Shown in pieces: positions 37,401 to 49,689 of a stretch of DNA of 64,000 bases; position 1 is the stretch's first letter; each line of letters begins with the position of its first letter. The notes beneath the pieces are model-generated. The model was not told the DNA's origin. It ran no database searches and was given only the letters and a program-made list of their open reading frames with translations. A program made the position numbers and the translations under genes. The DNA lies in NCBI GenBank assembly GCA_030704615.1, contig CM060733.1:11036001-11100000 (forward strand), read 5' to 3'. The DNA comes from Takakia lepidozioides. Its lineage: Eukaryota > Plantae > Bryophyta.

Positions 37401-39077
37401 AAGACACTTCTTGGACAAAGTAACAAACATACTGCATTACAACCAGTTGCTGTTGTATCCTTTACTGCAGGTACCTTTCATGTTGCAGTGCTATGAACAA
37501 TGGAATACATCTGATGTAGCAGATTGTGAATTTTTCTTTTACTTATAGATAGAGGAGAAGTGCCCGAGGTTACTGTGCTTGTCATAAGGTTGTGACCACT
37601 GGTGAACACTTAGTTGGGTGGAGTAGGAGGCCATGCCACGGCTGGTTGATACGCTTGACAAACAATAAAGGGTGACAGGATGAGAGAGGACGTATGTACT
37701 TGAATGTTTGCTTTGCCATCGCTTAGATGCTGTACTCTTATTTTCCTGTGGTATGAGTAACTTCATTGGCAGGAGAGGGAGAGAGATGAACTGTGGGTTC
37801 TTCATTAGATTGAGAGGTAAGGAAATGGAAAGAGAGAAGGGGGGTGGTGAGGCTATCCCGTGTTCAAAAATTGGGGATTGAAGGGAAGCAGTGGTGGATG
37901 TAGGCTCTGGAAAGTCCACATCTCAAGTTGAGAGTCATCCTCAGCTACTTCATGACTCACACTCCAAAGGTGTGTACTGGGCCTAACACCTCATCTGCGA
38001 CTTTCTCTTATTTCTCTTTTCAAAGTTTAACTAAGAATGTCTTGGTTTTATACCAGGAAAAACAAGTGGCCACAAAAGTAGTTCACTGTTATGGTTGTGT
38101 GGGTCGGATGGGATTCTGGGGCCAGGCTATCCAGGAGGATTTGAAGGGGATTGGCACTGTGCAAGAGTTGCTAGTGTGCGTGGCAGGTGCCAAGGAGAAC
38201 AGAAATGTTTGTAAACCTTTCACACCACACGAACTGCAGCTGTTGCTGACATATGCCTTTCAGGTTTACTGCTCTGTTACCAATTCTCAACTGATACCCA
38301 CCTTGATTGTTGGGCACGTAGCTTGTCACCTTTGCCATGTGTTAGTTTTTCGTTTGAGAATTGATTTAGTCACAAAAGAGGCCAGCACTTCTAGCAAAGA
38401 AGAGGCTTTCATTTTCCATTTAAAGGGCCAAGACCCCAAATCAAACTATATTATACTATTTTACCTACACTTAGGCGAATAACAGGCCCAAGTGCACATG
38501 GCTCTTGCTTCTGTAGCCTCTTGTGCAGTTCTATTGGATTTCTTTCTGAAAATGCAGTTTGTGGTCTGTATTCGAGAGCAAAGGCATTTTTGGAGCTCCA
38601 TTACCAACAGAAGGTGGAGGTGGGCGAGGTTGCATCAACCTCCAGAGCAGACTTGGCCCACGTTTGTGAGTCACTGCGTGCAGCTTTTGCAAACCTCCAA
38701 CGCTTGATGAGGTCAGTAATTAGACTAAACGAGGAATTTCTTGTGTATACTCATGTGACTTGATGCGCTTAGTGTTGCTGTGAGAAAGCAGAATGTGGAA
38801 GGGATAAAGGTGATGGTGCAACTCTTGCAGAGACTCTGGTGAGCTCCATCCAGCAGCAGACCATGCATTATTCATATCAGAAGCTCTCTCCAACAACTTG
38901 TCGTCCTAGCATGCAAGCTTTTGCATAAGGTTTGCCCACTCACCCAGATAATCTTGGAGCATTCAAAGCGATGCGCTGTGTCAGTGGACTCACAAACACA
39001 GTTTTGTTTCAATCTCATTCTCCCAATTGTAAAGAAAAATGTGTTTGACACAGGTTACTGAACATCTTGCGATCTAA
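33363..39077 (+). CDS. SNI1: SNI1 (NSE6-like subunit of SMC5/6), multi-exon; first and last exons uncertain
   Basis: Colinear exons resembling SNI1: LVHNLLAIADTHGVQEAAHVDADR | LMFLETVRAVS | MYEAIL..SLELTVASFQLL | EEVWSPF | VLMLRWLVGLLQFDLQSR | VMELDT | KLRVILSYF | LQLLLTYAFQ | VCESLRAAFANL. Confidence 0.78.
34211..34366 (-). mobile_element. Diverged 3' fragment of the TC-targeting LINE in an SNI1 intron
   Basis: NFLKTIWKAQTNCLYKGKSHYWSEPLTKV matches [29 protein letters not shown]; (TC)n tract on its 5' side and a TC tail. Confidence 0.82.
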
Positions 39078-39277
39078 TTTAGAGATTAGCTTGTGGGAAT
39101 TTGTGAAGACAGTTTTTGAGAGAGTTTCTGAGAGTCTCTGTAGAACGTCATGACTACCACTGTACTTCAAAGACTCGAATCTTCATGTACATTCATACAA
39201 CAAAGCAGAATGAGCATGCCGGGATTGGTGGTGTTGTCTGCAGACTTGGCAGCCTGTACAAAAAGTACCCTCCAGCT

Positions 39278-41830
39278 CTAATCAACCATTTTGGCTACAG
39301 TGGGTGGATTTGATTCCACTACGGAAGAGAAGGCCGAAACAGCCCATGCTTTTGAGGGGCTGTTCCTGACCACAAAGTACATTGGTGAATGACCTCGTGT
39401 CAGGGAAGCAGCTAGCTTTTCTTTCACCCAAGGAGGATTCCACCAATCCCCAAAGGACCTCTTGTGCACTCTGCTTATGTCTGTAGTCTGGTGATCTCTG
39501 ATTGGTCTGTGAAAACATGCAGCCGAGCGGCCATGGTTGGCTCCCAAGTACCTGGTAAACACCAGGAGAAACCCTTGGGCAATTCATCTTTACTGCCTGC
39601 TTAGTAAGAACACGTAAGTTATGATACTGACAGGAAGAGCCACTTTTGCAGAACAGGCAAACTCCTTAAAATCATACCTGAAGAAAGGGCACCTTGCCAA
39701 GACAGTTGTCCCGGCATTGTGAAGAATCTCAAGTGAATCTTTGCAGTGCTGTTCCATGCTCCATGATTGACCTTTGCGCAGAAACTCAACAGCATCAGAA
39801 CTGTGAGAGGTCCTGAAAAGGTGGATTGCAAGTGGAGCTTTCAACAACATGCATGCAAGTCACTCTGTTCACCTTTCGGTCTCCATTGTCCCACCATAGA
39901 CTCGGGTTTGAAAAATATTCTTTCCAAAGCTTTCCATCATTTCTGTTTTTGATTTTCGGATATTTACCTTAAACCCAACTGTGTCACATGCATCTTGGTA
40001 CATGTTCACCAACGACTCACAAATGAGCAAGAAAATGAGCAAGACCCTCACGAGTCCTGCGTCTCACACATCCATGTAGTTGAGTGGGGCAGTGGCTTCA
40101 GTACTCTGCATTTCAAAATACAGATCAAAGGCGAATTCGTCGACAACCTGCCACCTCTCCTAAAACTCATCAAATCCACCAGCTAGGTCATCTACATCTA
40201 TTGGCCCTGTAACCAAGCTCCTCAACCTGAGCTGCCTTCACATCAATTTTGCCATTGGCACCTTCCCCCCATGTGATCAAAGAGCCTGCAAACAGGGCAG
40301 CTGCATCACCAATCTTTCTTACAAGTCAAAACAGTCAGCCCGCTTTGTCACCACTGCGTCACACCCCAACCCAACCAAGCCCATGTCTTTCGAGTCTTTG
40401 TGCCCTGGATTTTGGCACAGCTCCTTGTCTTTCACATATTGTTCATCAAAAGAGCTACCTGGCACCTGCAGACCATAGCGGCCAGTGGCATTTACAAATT
40501 TCAAGCCACATTCCATATTTGTCACATTCTGCAGATCATGGCCCTCAATTCCACCACTCTCTTTTGCAAATGTACAACATCCCAGAAAATTTTGTCTGAA
40601 GCCTTTACTATGTCCATTCACTGTACTGTAAGAGAGACAGTTCTCTATGGCACTGCCTGCTGCTTCAGACAGAAGCCTGCTTGCAGCACAATTGGGAAAA
40701 GGAAAATCTTTGTCACTGGGAAGGTTCCAGCTCCTTGTTGTGACTGGTGCTGAGAGCTCTGCCCCAACGGGAGGCACATGAACACCAAGAGCTTGAAAAC
40801 ATAGAGAATGAAACAAACTTAATGTGGACGGACCAACCAAGTTGGATGGTCCCGTCCATCCAACATCCAGTATAAAGAGCGAGCACGTCCTTAGTATCGT
40901 CATAACTCTTATGCTCTTCCAAAATGGACTTGAGCATTGCTCACAAGGACGTGCTTGTTGTTGCATTGAGAAGGGCGGGGAGTTGGTTGCACAGTTTGAT
41001 GTCGTGCTAAAGAGGTTTCGGATGTGCTTGCATCTATGGATCATTGAAGAATGCCTCCGAGGTATTGGCATCTTACCAAGTTGCATCAAAGGGTTTGGAG
41101 GTGGAGGCATCTTCGCACGTTCTAGAGAGCCTCATCAGGTCCCTGGTTCCGCTGTGAAGAATGATCTTGGCCACAAGGGACGGGTGGGGTGCTTGAACAC
41201 CAACCGCGACCCCTAGAAGGGCTTCGCGAAAAAACAAAAACAAAATAACGGTCCTTTTGGACCCACCCACGCCGGTTGGGGAAAAGTTTAGGGCTTGAAA
41301 AATGGTCTCTATCAAGCCCTATCAGTGGCAAATTTGATCAAAATGGCGATGATTAATACTATAGCTACAGAGTCCAAAAAAAGTGGACTGGCTACCGTAT
41401 TCCAAGCCAAGCCACCAGACTGAGCACCAAGAGAATAGGACTTCAAAGTTCCTAGGTCTTTGTGGGATGCTCCCATCGTGCTTGCCATAGCTTTACAGGG
41501 TATCAAGTATAGCCAGGCCACACATGACGGATGCAAAGCCTGAACACAGTTCCCATAACGCAGGACCTTGGTGCGTAGCGGTGTCAGGCCGTCCCTAAAC
41601 GCCTGGCGGGGCGTCCCCTCGACAAGTAGTTTTCTAACGCAAGAAAACCTTGTGGAGATGGAAGTGCGTTCCTCGAATGCTGCAACCTGTAGTAGGGCGC
41701 CACCAATGTGGGAAGGCGCCACGTGAGCAGGAAAAGGAGGAAATAAGGTTGCACTAACCTCACCGTCTGCCTTGTTGGATCTTAGCAACCAATCCCTGCT
41801 GTTGAAAATGGGTCCCACCAAGGAAGGATG
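39278..41830 (-). pseudogene. Long decayed coding region of unknown product
   Basis: ORFs 40319-41110, 39869-40051, 39590-39850 and 39278-39562 share one frame, separated mostly by stops. Confidence 0.4.
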
Positions 41831-42762
41831 GGGCTTGTGTGGCCGCTCCCTTGCAACGTTGGGAAGACGCCGTTCTTCGACGTGCGTCCTGCCAACGGAG
41901 GAAAATGGTATGTGTGCCTGGCCATCAACCCCTCATCGTTGGCAGTCGGTGAATAAAACCAAACTCTGGTGTCCGCTTCAAAAAAAAGTGAGATGACAGA
42001 TGTAGATGAGCAGGTAGACATGTACTTAGCAGAATAGAAGCTACAATCCAACATTCCTGGTTCCAAGCTATGCATGCATCCAATCAGCCTCTGGTATTGT
42101 GTGGTATCTGTGATCTGAAACTTTATCATCAAGATGTAAATGAAGGTGTCAAGGACTAGATTAGACACTCTCGGCTATCCCTGTGGGTTAGACTAATGAT
42201 AAACCAGTCAGCGGAATACTTGACCAATCAGGATCATTTTTCATGAATGGACCTCTACGTTGTAGATGTGCACTGTACAATACAATACAATGGCCACCCT
42301 ATTGATTCTTTGATATTCTAGTTGGTATGCTTGCTGTTCAGTGTTCATATCACTTTTAATTATAGAAGGGTGTTTTGGGAGAGAAGACTACATAAGAGCC
42401 ACTGTACCCAACTGCCACCCTTATGGGGGGGGAGGAAGGATTCATCTGTTTTGGGGACATATTGGACATGTTTCATAAGTACTTATGATAAAACATTGGG
42501 TCTGCAACCACACATTGACACAGAAGGAAGGAATTTGTGACTGTGGGTGCAGCACGGAATGTGTTAAGTTAGAACGTTAGAAGTTAGAACCAACACAGCT
42601 TTGAAATTCAGTTACTGGAGAGCATGAAAACTCTGCTTCAGTTTGTAGGCTGCCCAGAGCAGGGGAAGAAGGTTGAAGACTGTAAAGGGGGCGAGCGTGC
42701 CACCTACGTTCGCTTCTGTGTTAAGTTGTTGAAGTAGGGGTGGAGGGCGGAAGGAAGAGAAG

Positions 42763-43578
42763 ATGGGCTCCAGTCAAGATCAACACAGTGTTAGCTTCTT
42801 GAGAAGCTCCAAGTCGAAGCGCAAGGAGAAAGAGCAGAAGAAGCTGCAGTTCGGTACAGGTGTAGGCTGGGGGAAGGGGAAAGTCGAGCCGGTTCCCACA
42901 GTGATGCCGATCGTATCTGTATCTCACGATCGCACCAAGGATATTTTTTCTCGGAAGGAGAACCGAGAGAGTCCGGATGGTGAACATGGGCACAGAGGGT
43001 GCTGTCGTGGGCAATGGGTTTCAATACTCGATGTGGCTGAACAGCTGAGTAAGCCTCAAGGGCTGCCTGGGGGACGGCTGTTTCCTATTCCCAAGAGGAC
43101 CCCCAATCTGACACTCACAGTGGACTCTGCTATGGGAATTGTGGAGAAGCTGAGTAAGCCTGAAGGGCTGCCTGGGGGAGGGTTATTTCCTCTTCCCAAG
43201 AGCACTCCCAACCTGAAGAACCTGCCACCCTCACTGGGGTCTGCTATGGGAATTGTGGAGAAGCTGCAGGCAAGTGGCCTCATTACTGACATTCAATCCA
43301 ACCAGGTAGCATTTGCACGAAACTCTGAAAGTAGTTGGCGGAGAAAGATAGAGGCAGAGGATGTGGTCATTGCCCGCGTTGGACGAACGTGTTATTTGTG
43401 TCGTACTCTTGAGCACCGCTCCCACGTAATAGGAAATTCCCCGGAGCATGCAAACTTAGCCCGACATTGCAACAAACTTTCGCAGAATTTAACTAGAATG
43501 GAATCGGGTGTATATGTCAAGGCTGTCACTGTTGATTTCAGTACTCCAGTCCCTACTCTGCCATCAAGAGAGAGATAG
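42763..43578 (+). CDS. 271-aa ORF of unknown function with internal peptide repeats; possibly exon 1 of a decayed spliced gene extending to ~45210
   Basis: Open frame containing (SAMGIVEK)LSKPxGLPGGxLFPxPKxTPNL about 2.5 times; downstream exon-like pieces at 44170-45210, one with an in-frame stop. Confidence 0.4.
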   Translation: MGSSQDQHSVSFLRSSKSKRKEKEQKKLQFGTGVGWGKGKVEPVPTVMPIVSVSHDRTKDIFSRKENRESPDGEHGHRGCCRGQWVSILDVAEQLSKPQGLPGGRLFPIPKRTPNLTLTVDSAMGIVEKLSKPEGLPGGGLFPLPKSTPNLKNLPPSLGSAMGIVEKLQASGLITDIQSNQVAFARNSESSWRRKIEAEDVVIARVGRTCYLCRTLEHRSHVIGNSPEHANLARHCNKLSQNLTRMESGVYVKAVTVDFSTPVPTLPSRER

Positions 43579-44079
43579 AATGAGTAAATCAAAGCCAAAA
43601 TAGCTGATGGGGCAAGAATGCCATAACAAAGAAAAAACTAGCAATCCAGGGTTAAATCCCTGCACGTGACGGAACCCCAAGTTTAGCTGCCAAGGAACTC
43701 TAATGCCTCTCCCACGTATGAGCAGTCTCTCATCATACAGAGAGAGAAGGAAAGAACGGATCATAATCCACAAGAAGGATGAAAGAAACATAATACACAG
43801 GAAGAAGGGAAGCAAACTTGCTCACTTGAGAACAGTCTGCTAGGTAAATCAGCATGGATCCCCCTGCAACCAACCCCTCAAATACAGTGCTACTCTTTGG
43901 GTCAAGATAACGTAGGAAGGTAACGAAGCTGTGTTCCTCCCTCTTTCACGACTCTCCCTTAACCCTCTCCCAACATTGTTAGGCATCACTATCTCTGTCA
44001 GATCTTGGTATTTGGGTTTTGGAAATCTTTTGGAAGATTCCTGGTCACATAGAAAGTTCAGGCCTATTTTGGATGTAGG

Positions 44080-44083
<4 letters not shown>

Positions 44084-44132
<49 letters not shown>
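44084..44132 (+). repeat. (CT)n microsatellite, preceded by a possible diverged LINE 3' end
   Basis: ~24 CT units; the upstream peptide LLEDSWSHRK resembles FLEDIWKTR. Confidence 0.8.
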
Positions 44133-44136
<4 letters not shown>

Positions 44137-45282
44137 GCATGGATGGGCACTAAGACATTCTATGGTTGCAGGCTATTCGCGCAGAGAGTTTTGACCCTGA
44201 GGTAGCACTGAAGCTATTACAGACACAGCACAGAGAAACTCTAAGTGAGGCCTCGCTAAATCACCAAAGCTCAGCTTTGGAAATAACCAGGCAAGCTGGT
44301 GGTGATCATGTTCATTCTCATAGAGGGATGGCTCCTGCATGCAGATTAAAAACTCCTGAGTTCTATTCGACAGCACAGCTGTTGGCAAAAGTGCAGGAGG
44401 TGCACAAAGAACCATTTGATGTGCCAAGAGCTTTGCAGGCACACTAATCTTTGAGCCATTCTTTTCTCCCTTTCTATGCTGAAGTGCAGAAACCTCTAAG
44501 GATTATAATCTTTTCTGTTCTAGATGGTGTTACTTTTTGACTTGCCACTGAACTTGGTACAACTATACCCACTAAACAAGGACTGAGTTTTTACTAATCT
44601 GTGCGAGGAGGGATTAATGACTCCATATCTAGATGCCTGTAAGTTGGTAGATGCACTGCTATTTGAGATACAACAAGAAGATACCAAAGGGTCTAAGGCA
44701 ACAGCACCCTACATTTTAGACAGAAAACATCTCACTGTATTAGGATTATCCAGTGCACTTAAGAGGACTACAAGATTCTTCTCCTTACTGGCACTTTACA
44801 TACAGGTGGCAAATGAGACAGGAATGGCACTCGATAAAGAAAAGGAGTCTGAACTTGAAAAGGTTCTGGCAGGTAACAGTAGTCATATTGTTGGCCCCTT
44901 TCTGAGGAGTGAAGGATACAGGAGAAGACGTGTCCGTCATGAGTATTCAAACCTCAGCAAAATCATTGAGCCTCCAGACTCTGTTATGGCACAATTTGCT
45001 CCCAGGTTGGACTCTTATGGCATACTATTATTGCTCAGTAACTCAGTAATATTACTCAATAACTCAGTGTCATGGAGCCTTACCATGTAAGTTGACCTTT
45101 GGTTTGTTTCAGGAGAGTGGGAAACCAGGTAGATGCACACTGTGTGGCGGTGCTCCCCAAGCAGCCCTCAGTGTCAGACCTTTGGGTGTCATCCAATCAT
45201 TGCCCACAGGTGTGTCTCTTTCTCTCTCGGTTCTACTGTGTTGTTCTCCTATATCACTTCAATCCTTTGAGCCTCCCATGGA

Positions 45283-45327
<45 letters not shown>

Positions 45328-45329
<2 letters not shown>

Positions 45330-48300
45330 AGGACAAGAGGTGACCAAGTGCAGTGGACTCGTGAGAAACCCCAAACTGGGGAACGTTCCATTGTGGACTA
45401 CATCATAATGGACAAAATTTTGTTCCCCCAGTGTGCCAATGTGTTGATCGACAGAACTGATATTGGTACCTCTGACCACTTCCTGGTTTGGACTGAGATC
45501 AAAAGGTGTTTTCCCACCACCAAGAGATCTGTGAAACGTTCGATTCGGAAGTGGCGCATAGAAAAACTCCACAATGAGGAGGTCAAGGCTGAGTACGTCC
45601 AGGCCTTGCAAGGGGCTCTCCCTCATTTTGTCCAATCGCTCCAAGAACTTCAGTCACGCTCTGTTAACGCAAGAAATGAAGTCGAAAGAGCAGTGGACTC
45701 TTGGGAGAGTTTCGTTTCCTCCGTGGCTGACAAGATCATTGGGAGGAAACTAATTGTCTGCGGTAGAGCAGTTAATTGGTGGACCAATGAGATTAAACTC
45801 AAGATAGCTGAGAGACGAGCCCTCTATAAAGAGTGCTGCAATTTGGAAACCAACAGAGAATTGTGGGCGAGGTACTACCAGCTCCGTAAAGATATCAATC
45901 AGCTTGTTAGGTCTCAGAAGAAATTATACTGGGACAAGTTATACAGTGAAATAAACTCAAACCACCATGGTGGTAATGACAAGAAATTCTGGTTGGCCCT
46001 TCAACGTTTGTACAAGCCGAAAAACGGTCAGCAAGTACAAGCGCTGAAGACTACTAAAGGTGCAGTGGTGACTTCATCGGTTGACATTGTCAAAACCTTT
46101 GAAACTCACTACAGTATCCTTGGCAGAACTTCTAGGTCTAACAGTGAGGGGTCTTCTGCTGAATGGAGGGACACAGTTGGAAAAACTGTTCCTATGGTTC
46201 AAAACAGCCCTGATGAACTGGAGTATATTTCAATGGCTTATAATGCTCCCATTAGTTCTTCTGAGATTGTGGAAGCAATTGAACATTTAAATGGATATAA
46301 AGCTGGTGGACCTGATGGTATTGTCAACGAGCTTATCAAGCACGGTGACGATCCCATGATAGAGGCCCTAGTTCTCCTCTTTAACCTTATCTGGAAGACT
46401 GAAATGATCCCCTTTCGCTGGCGACAGGGGGTCATTATCAATCTATACAAGAAGGGTGACAGAGAAGAACCGGGGAACTACCGTGGCATCACGCTCCTCA
46501 ATGCTGTTGGCAAGACATTCTGCAGAGTTATAAGTACTCGTCTCGAGGTTGATCTGGAGTCTAGAGGTTGTTTCCACGAAGGCCAAGCTGGCTTTCGGCG
46601 AAACAGGGGCTGTGTGGATCATATCTTCACTCTAAGCCAGATTATCCAGGGAAGGAAAAAAGAAGGGAAACCCACTTATGTCTTTTCCTGGATGTCAAAA
46701 AGGCTTATGACACTGTGGAGAGATGGCCTATGGTTCCGCCTCTGGTCTTGTGGGATCAAGGGAAAGATGTGGAGAGTTGTCCACAACTTGTATGCTCACA
46801 CCAAAAGCTGTGTCACTGTTAACGGACAGAAGTCCAACTTCTTTGACATAGACCAAGGTGTAGCTCAAGGATGTACTCTCTCCCCTCTGCTCTTCAATGT
46901 TTTCATCAATCAACTCCTCGAGGATGTGGAAAGTGAGGGATTTGGGTTAAGGGTGGGTGATACCACCATACCAGCCCTTATGTTTGCGGATGACTTCGCA
47001 GGCATAGGGGAGACTCCAACCAATCTCCAGGAGTTGATTGATTGCGCGAAGAGATACTTTGATCTTTGGGGGCTAGAGGCTAATGTCAGCAAATGTGCAG
47101 TGGTAGCATTCAACGACAGAGGAGAGGGAGGAAGTGATCTTAAGTGGCAGTGGGGTAGCCAAGAGATCCCGGTCCTCCCTTCCTACACTTACCTGGGCGT
47201 TGAGTTCTCCTCCAATTGTAATTGGGATGCACATATCCGGAAAGTTGTTCAAACTGGCAAGGGCAAAGCTCTGGGGCTCACTAAATTTTTCCACTGCAGA
47301 GGGGTCAACTCTGAGGTTAAGAAAACCATGCTTTGTCGCGTTATTAGACCTGCCTTGGAGTACGGATCTGCTATATGGGTTGATAACTCCAACCAGGCTA
47401 AGTCTCTAGAATCCATTCAAGTGGGGTGCTTAAGGAGTGTATGTCAGCATGCTCCAAAACAGCCAATGTGGCTGTTCGGGGTGAGTTTGGCATTCCGTCC
47501 TCAAGCTCCCGACGAGATGAATTCAAGGTCAGATGGTGGGGTCAGCTGCAACATATGCCCAACACCAGATATCCTAAGTTAATCGACTCTATATCTTGGA
47601 AACAGGACCGCCCTGTCAAACAGGCTAAGTCCTGGCAGAAGAGAGTAGAAGAGATCCTCAAGGACCTGGACCTGGATCCGCAAGTCTTGACCCTGCTGGA
47701 TAAATCTGACTTAGAGGCTGTAGTGTCCTCAGCCATGTCTGTTGCCATGAGATTGTCTGATGAAAATGAAGTTAGGCAGAAAACTTCCCTGAACTTGTTT
47801 CCAGTCTGTGACGTGGGGGAGGACATCTTGGATGACCTCAAGGGTCTACCCACTCTCGGCACTAGACTGAAATTTAAACTCAGGGCAGGAAGCCTACCTT
47901 TGAACAGCAAACAGAAGCAGAGAGGAAAGGGAGAGTGCAATTGCCCGTTGTGTGGGCAATCTGAAGACAGTATTCATTTTCTGATACACTGTCCGGGGTT
48001 CTCTCACCAAAGAGACGCTCTCTTCAAATCTATTAAGGGAATTGTGCCTGTACCCCTGTTTACCAACTTTGAAAGTCTCGAGGCTGAGCCAAAAGCCCAG
48101 GCCCTCCTGAGGCCTAGTTTTTGGGCAAATCACACACAGCAGATTGATGCTTGTGTGAAGGGATTTCTAGAGGATATCTGGAAAACCCGGATTAATTCTT
48201 TATATGGAGGTAAGTCTTACTACCAACGTCAGCCCCTGACAGAGGTAGGTTCTGTCCCTTTTGTTCCCGCTCAAACTGGGCGCGGGGTCAATGGCCACAA

Positions 48301-48332
48301 GGCTACGGCAAACAACGTCTTATGAGTGCAAT
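45328..48332 (+). mobile_element. Second long, 5'-truncated copy of the TC-targeting LINE, nearly identical to 25001-29014
   Basis: Same APE-C/RT/Cys-His protein with different small frameshifts (~46685, ~46712, ~47424); 13-bp TSD CTCTCTCAGCATG; preceded by (CT)n at 45285-45321. Confidence 0.95.
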
Positions 48333-48349
48333 CTCTCTCAGCATGTAGG

Positions 48350-48415
48350 CTCCGTCCAAACTGGGCGGGGTGTCTATGGCTACAAGGCTATGGCAAGCAA
48401 AGTCGTGTGAGTACT
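48350..48415 (+). mobile_element. Older ~65-nt 3'-terminal LINE copy stacked behind the long copy
   Basis: TCCGTCCAAACTGGGCGGGG...GTGTGAGTAC flanked by TCTCT(C/G)AGCATGTAGGCT. Confidence 0.82.
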
Positions 48416-48710
48416 TTCTCTGAGCATGTAGGCTACAGCATACAAAGCCGAATACAGTCTCTCTGAGCATTTATCAAAGTGCTCAGTGGCAGAGTCAGTT
48501 ATGAAAATCATGAGTGCAACTTTTAGTCAAATTTTGTGTGTCAAAAAATGCGGCCTCTCATAGTCTTGGCAGCGGTGATGTACCGTGCATCCAAACTCAG
48601 CGTTAATATCATCGTAATCACCAGAGGGCCCAAAATAATAGTGTTAAGAGGCAGCAAGGGTAGAAGCTTCAAGAACAAACACTTGGGCCCTGCCCTTTTA
48701 GGAGGAGAGC

Positions 48711-49650
48711 TGTAAACATTTTCTACCATTTTCTTGTCCCGTAGGAATGGAAAATGTGTCATCCATCAACTATGCATCTTGATTGGATCCTTGAAAAGTT
48801 GGTCCAAGGTCAGCATATATGGGGAGGGCGGGAACCTTCTATAAGTAGATTCTCACAAGAAGTTAGGAAGATTCTAGAGCAAGGGTAAGGAGGTTAGGAA
48901 TGTTCCTATAGATGCTTGTCTCCTTGATCTAAGATCCTTGTCAAGTCTCAACACTACGACGAGGAAGTTTTGGAATCATGGAATTAAAGTTTAAATCCTA
49001 CTTTCAAGTAAGCGTGAAGGGGGAGGAACCCAAGATTGTCAACACTTTACCCCACAAGCCTTGCAAATATATGGTGGCAATGGATGGGTAGATTAAGCCA
49101 GGAGAGTGGGAGCGATCCAAGAAATTGTTGTTGGCAACTTCCATGCCAATCCGACAATTTCTTGAAATGCTCCCACGTCGTCAGAGGAGCACACTCTCCT
49201 TCCTTAATGGCTTTTTCTATCCGCCGCCACATTAGCAGAGCTCAATCCGTTTCTAGATTAGATTGGATTCATACATGACTATGTTCAGTTGATTGATTGA
49301 GGACAATCAATAATTTTAGGAAGGAAGGTATGCTAGGGTTATCAGTTGGAGGCAGCAGGAGTAGGAGATTCTAGGATAAATATGAGGAGGTCAGGAACCT
49401 TCTATTGTAGCTTCTACAGGGAGATTAGGAAGCTTCCTCTAGGAGGTGCTTGGAAGCAATGTTCAAGCAGGGATCCTCCAGAAAACTATAGACTTTTCTC
49501 TCTTGTCATTCTCTCTTCTATGCAATAAAACACTCTTGCTTGCAAAGCATGGTATATAGTCCGTAAGCGGCCAGTTTGTGAGTCATACAAGGTCAAATAA
49601 TCACTGTTACGAGGCACCTTCTGAGCGGTTGCAGAAGATGGCTGGTTACA
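48711..49650 (+). mobile_element. Putative solo LTR
   Basis: TGTAA...TTACA termini, purine-rich U3-like part, TATA-like GATAAATA ~49375, AATAAA ~49523; TSD imperfect. Confidence 0.5.
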
Positions 49651-49689
49651 GATGCTAACTTTGTCAAGCCTTTCTTACCTTCTCAATTG

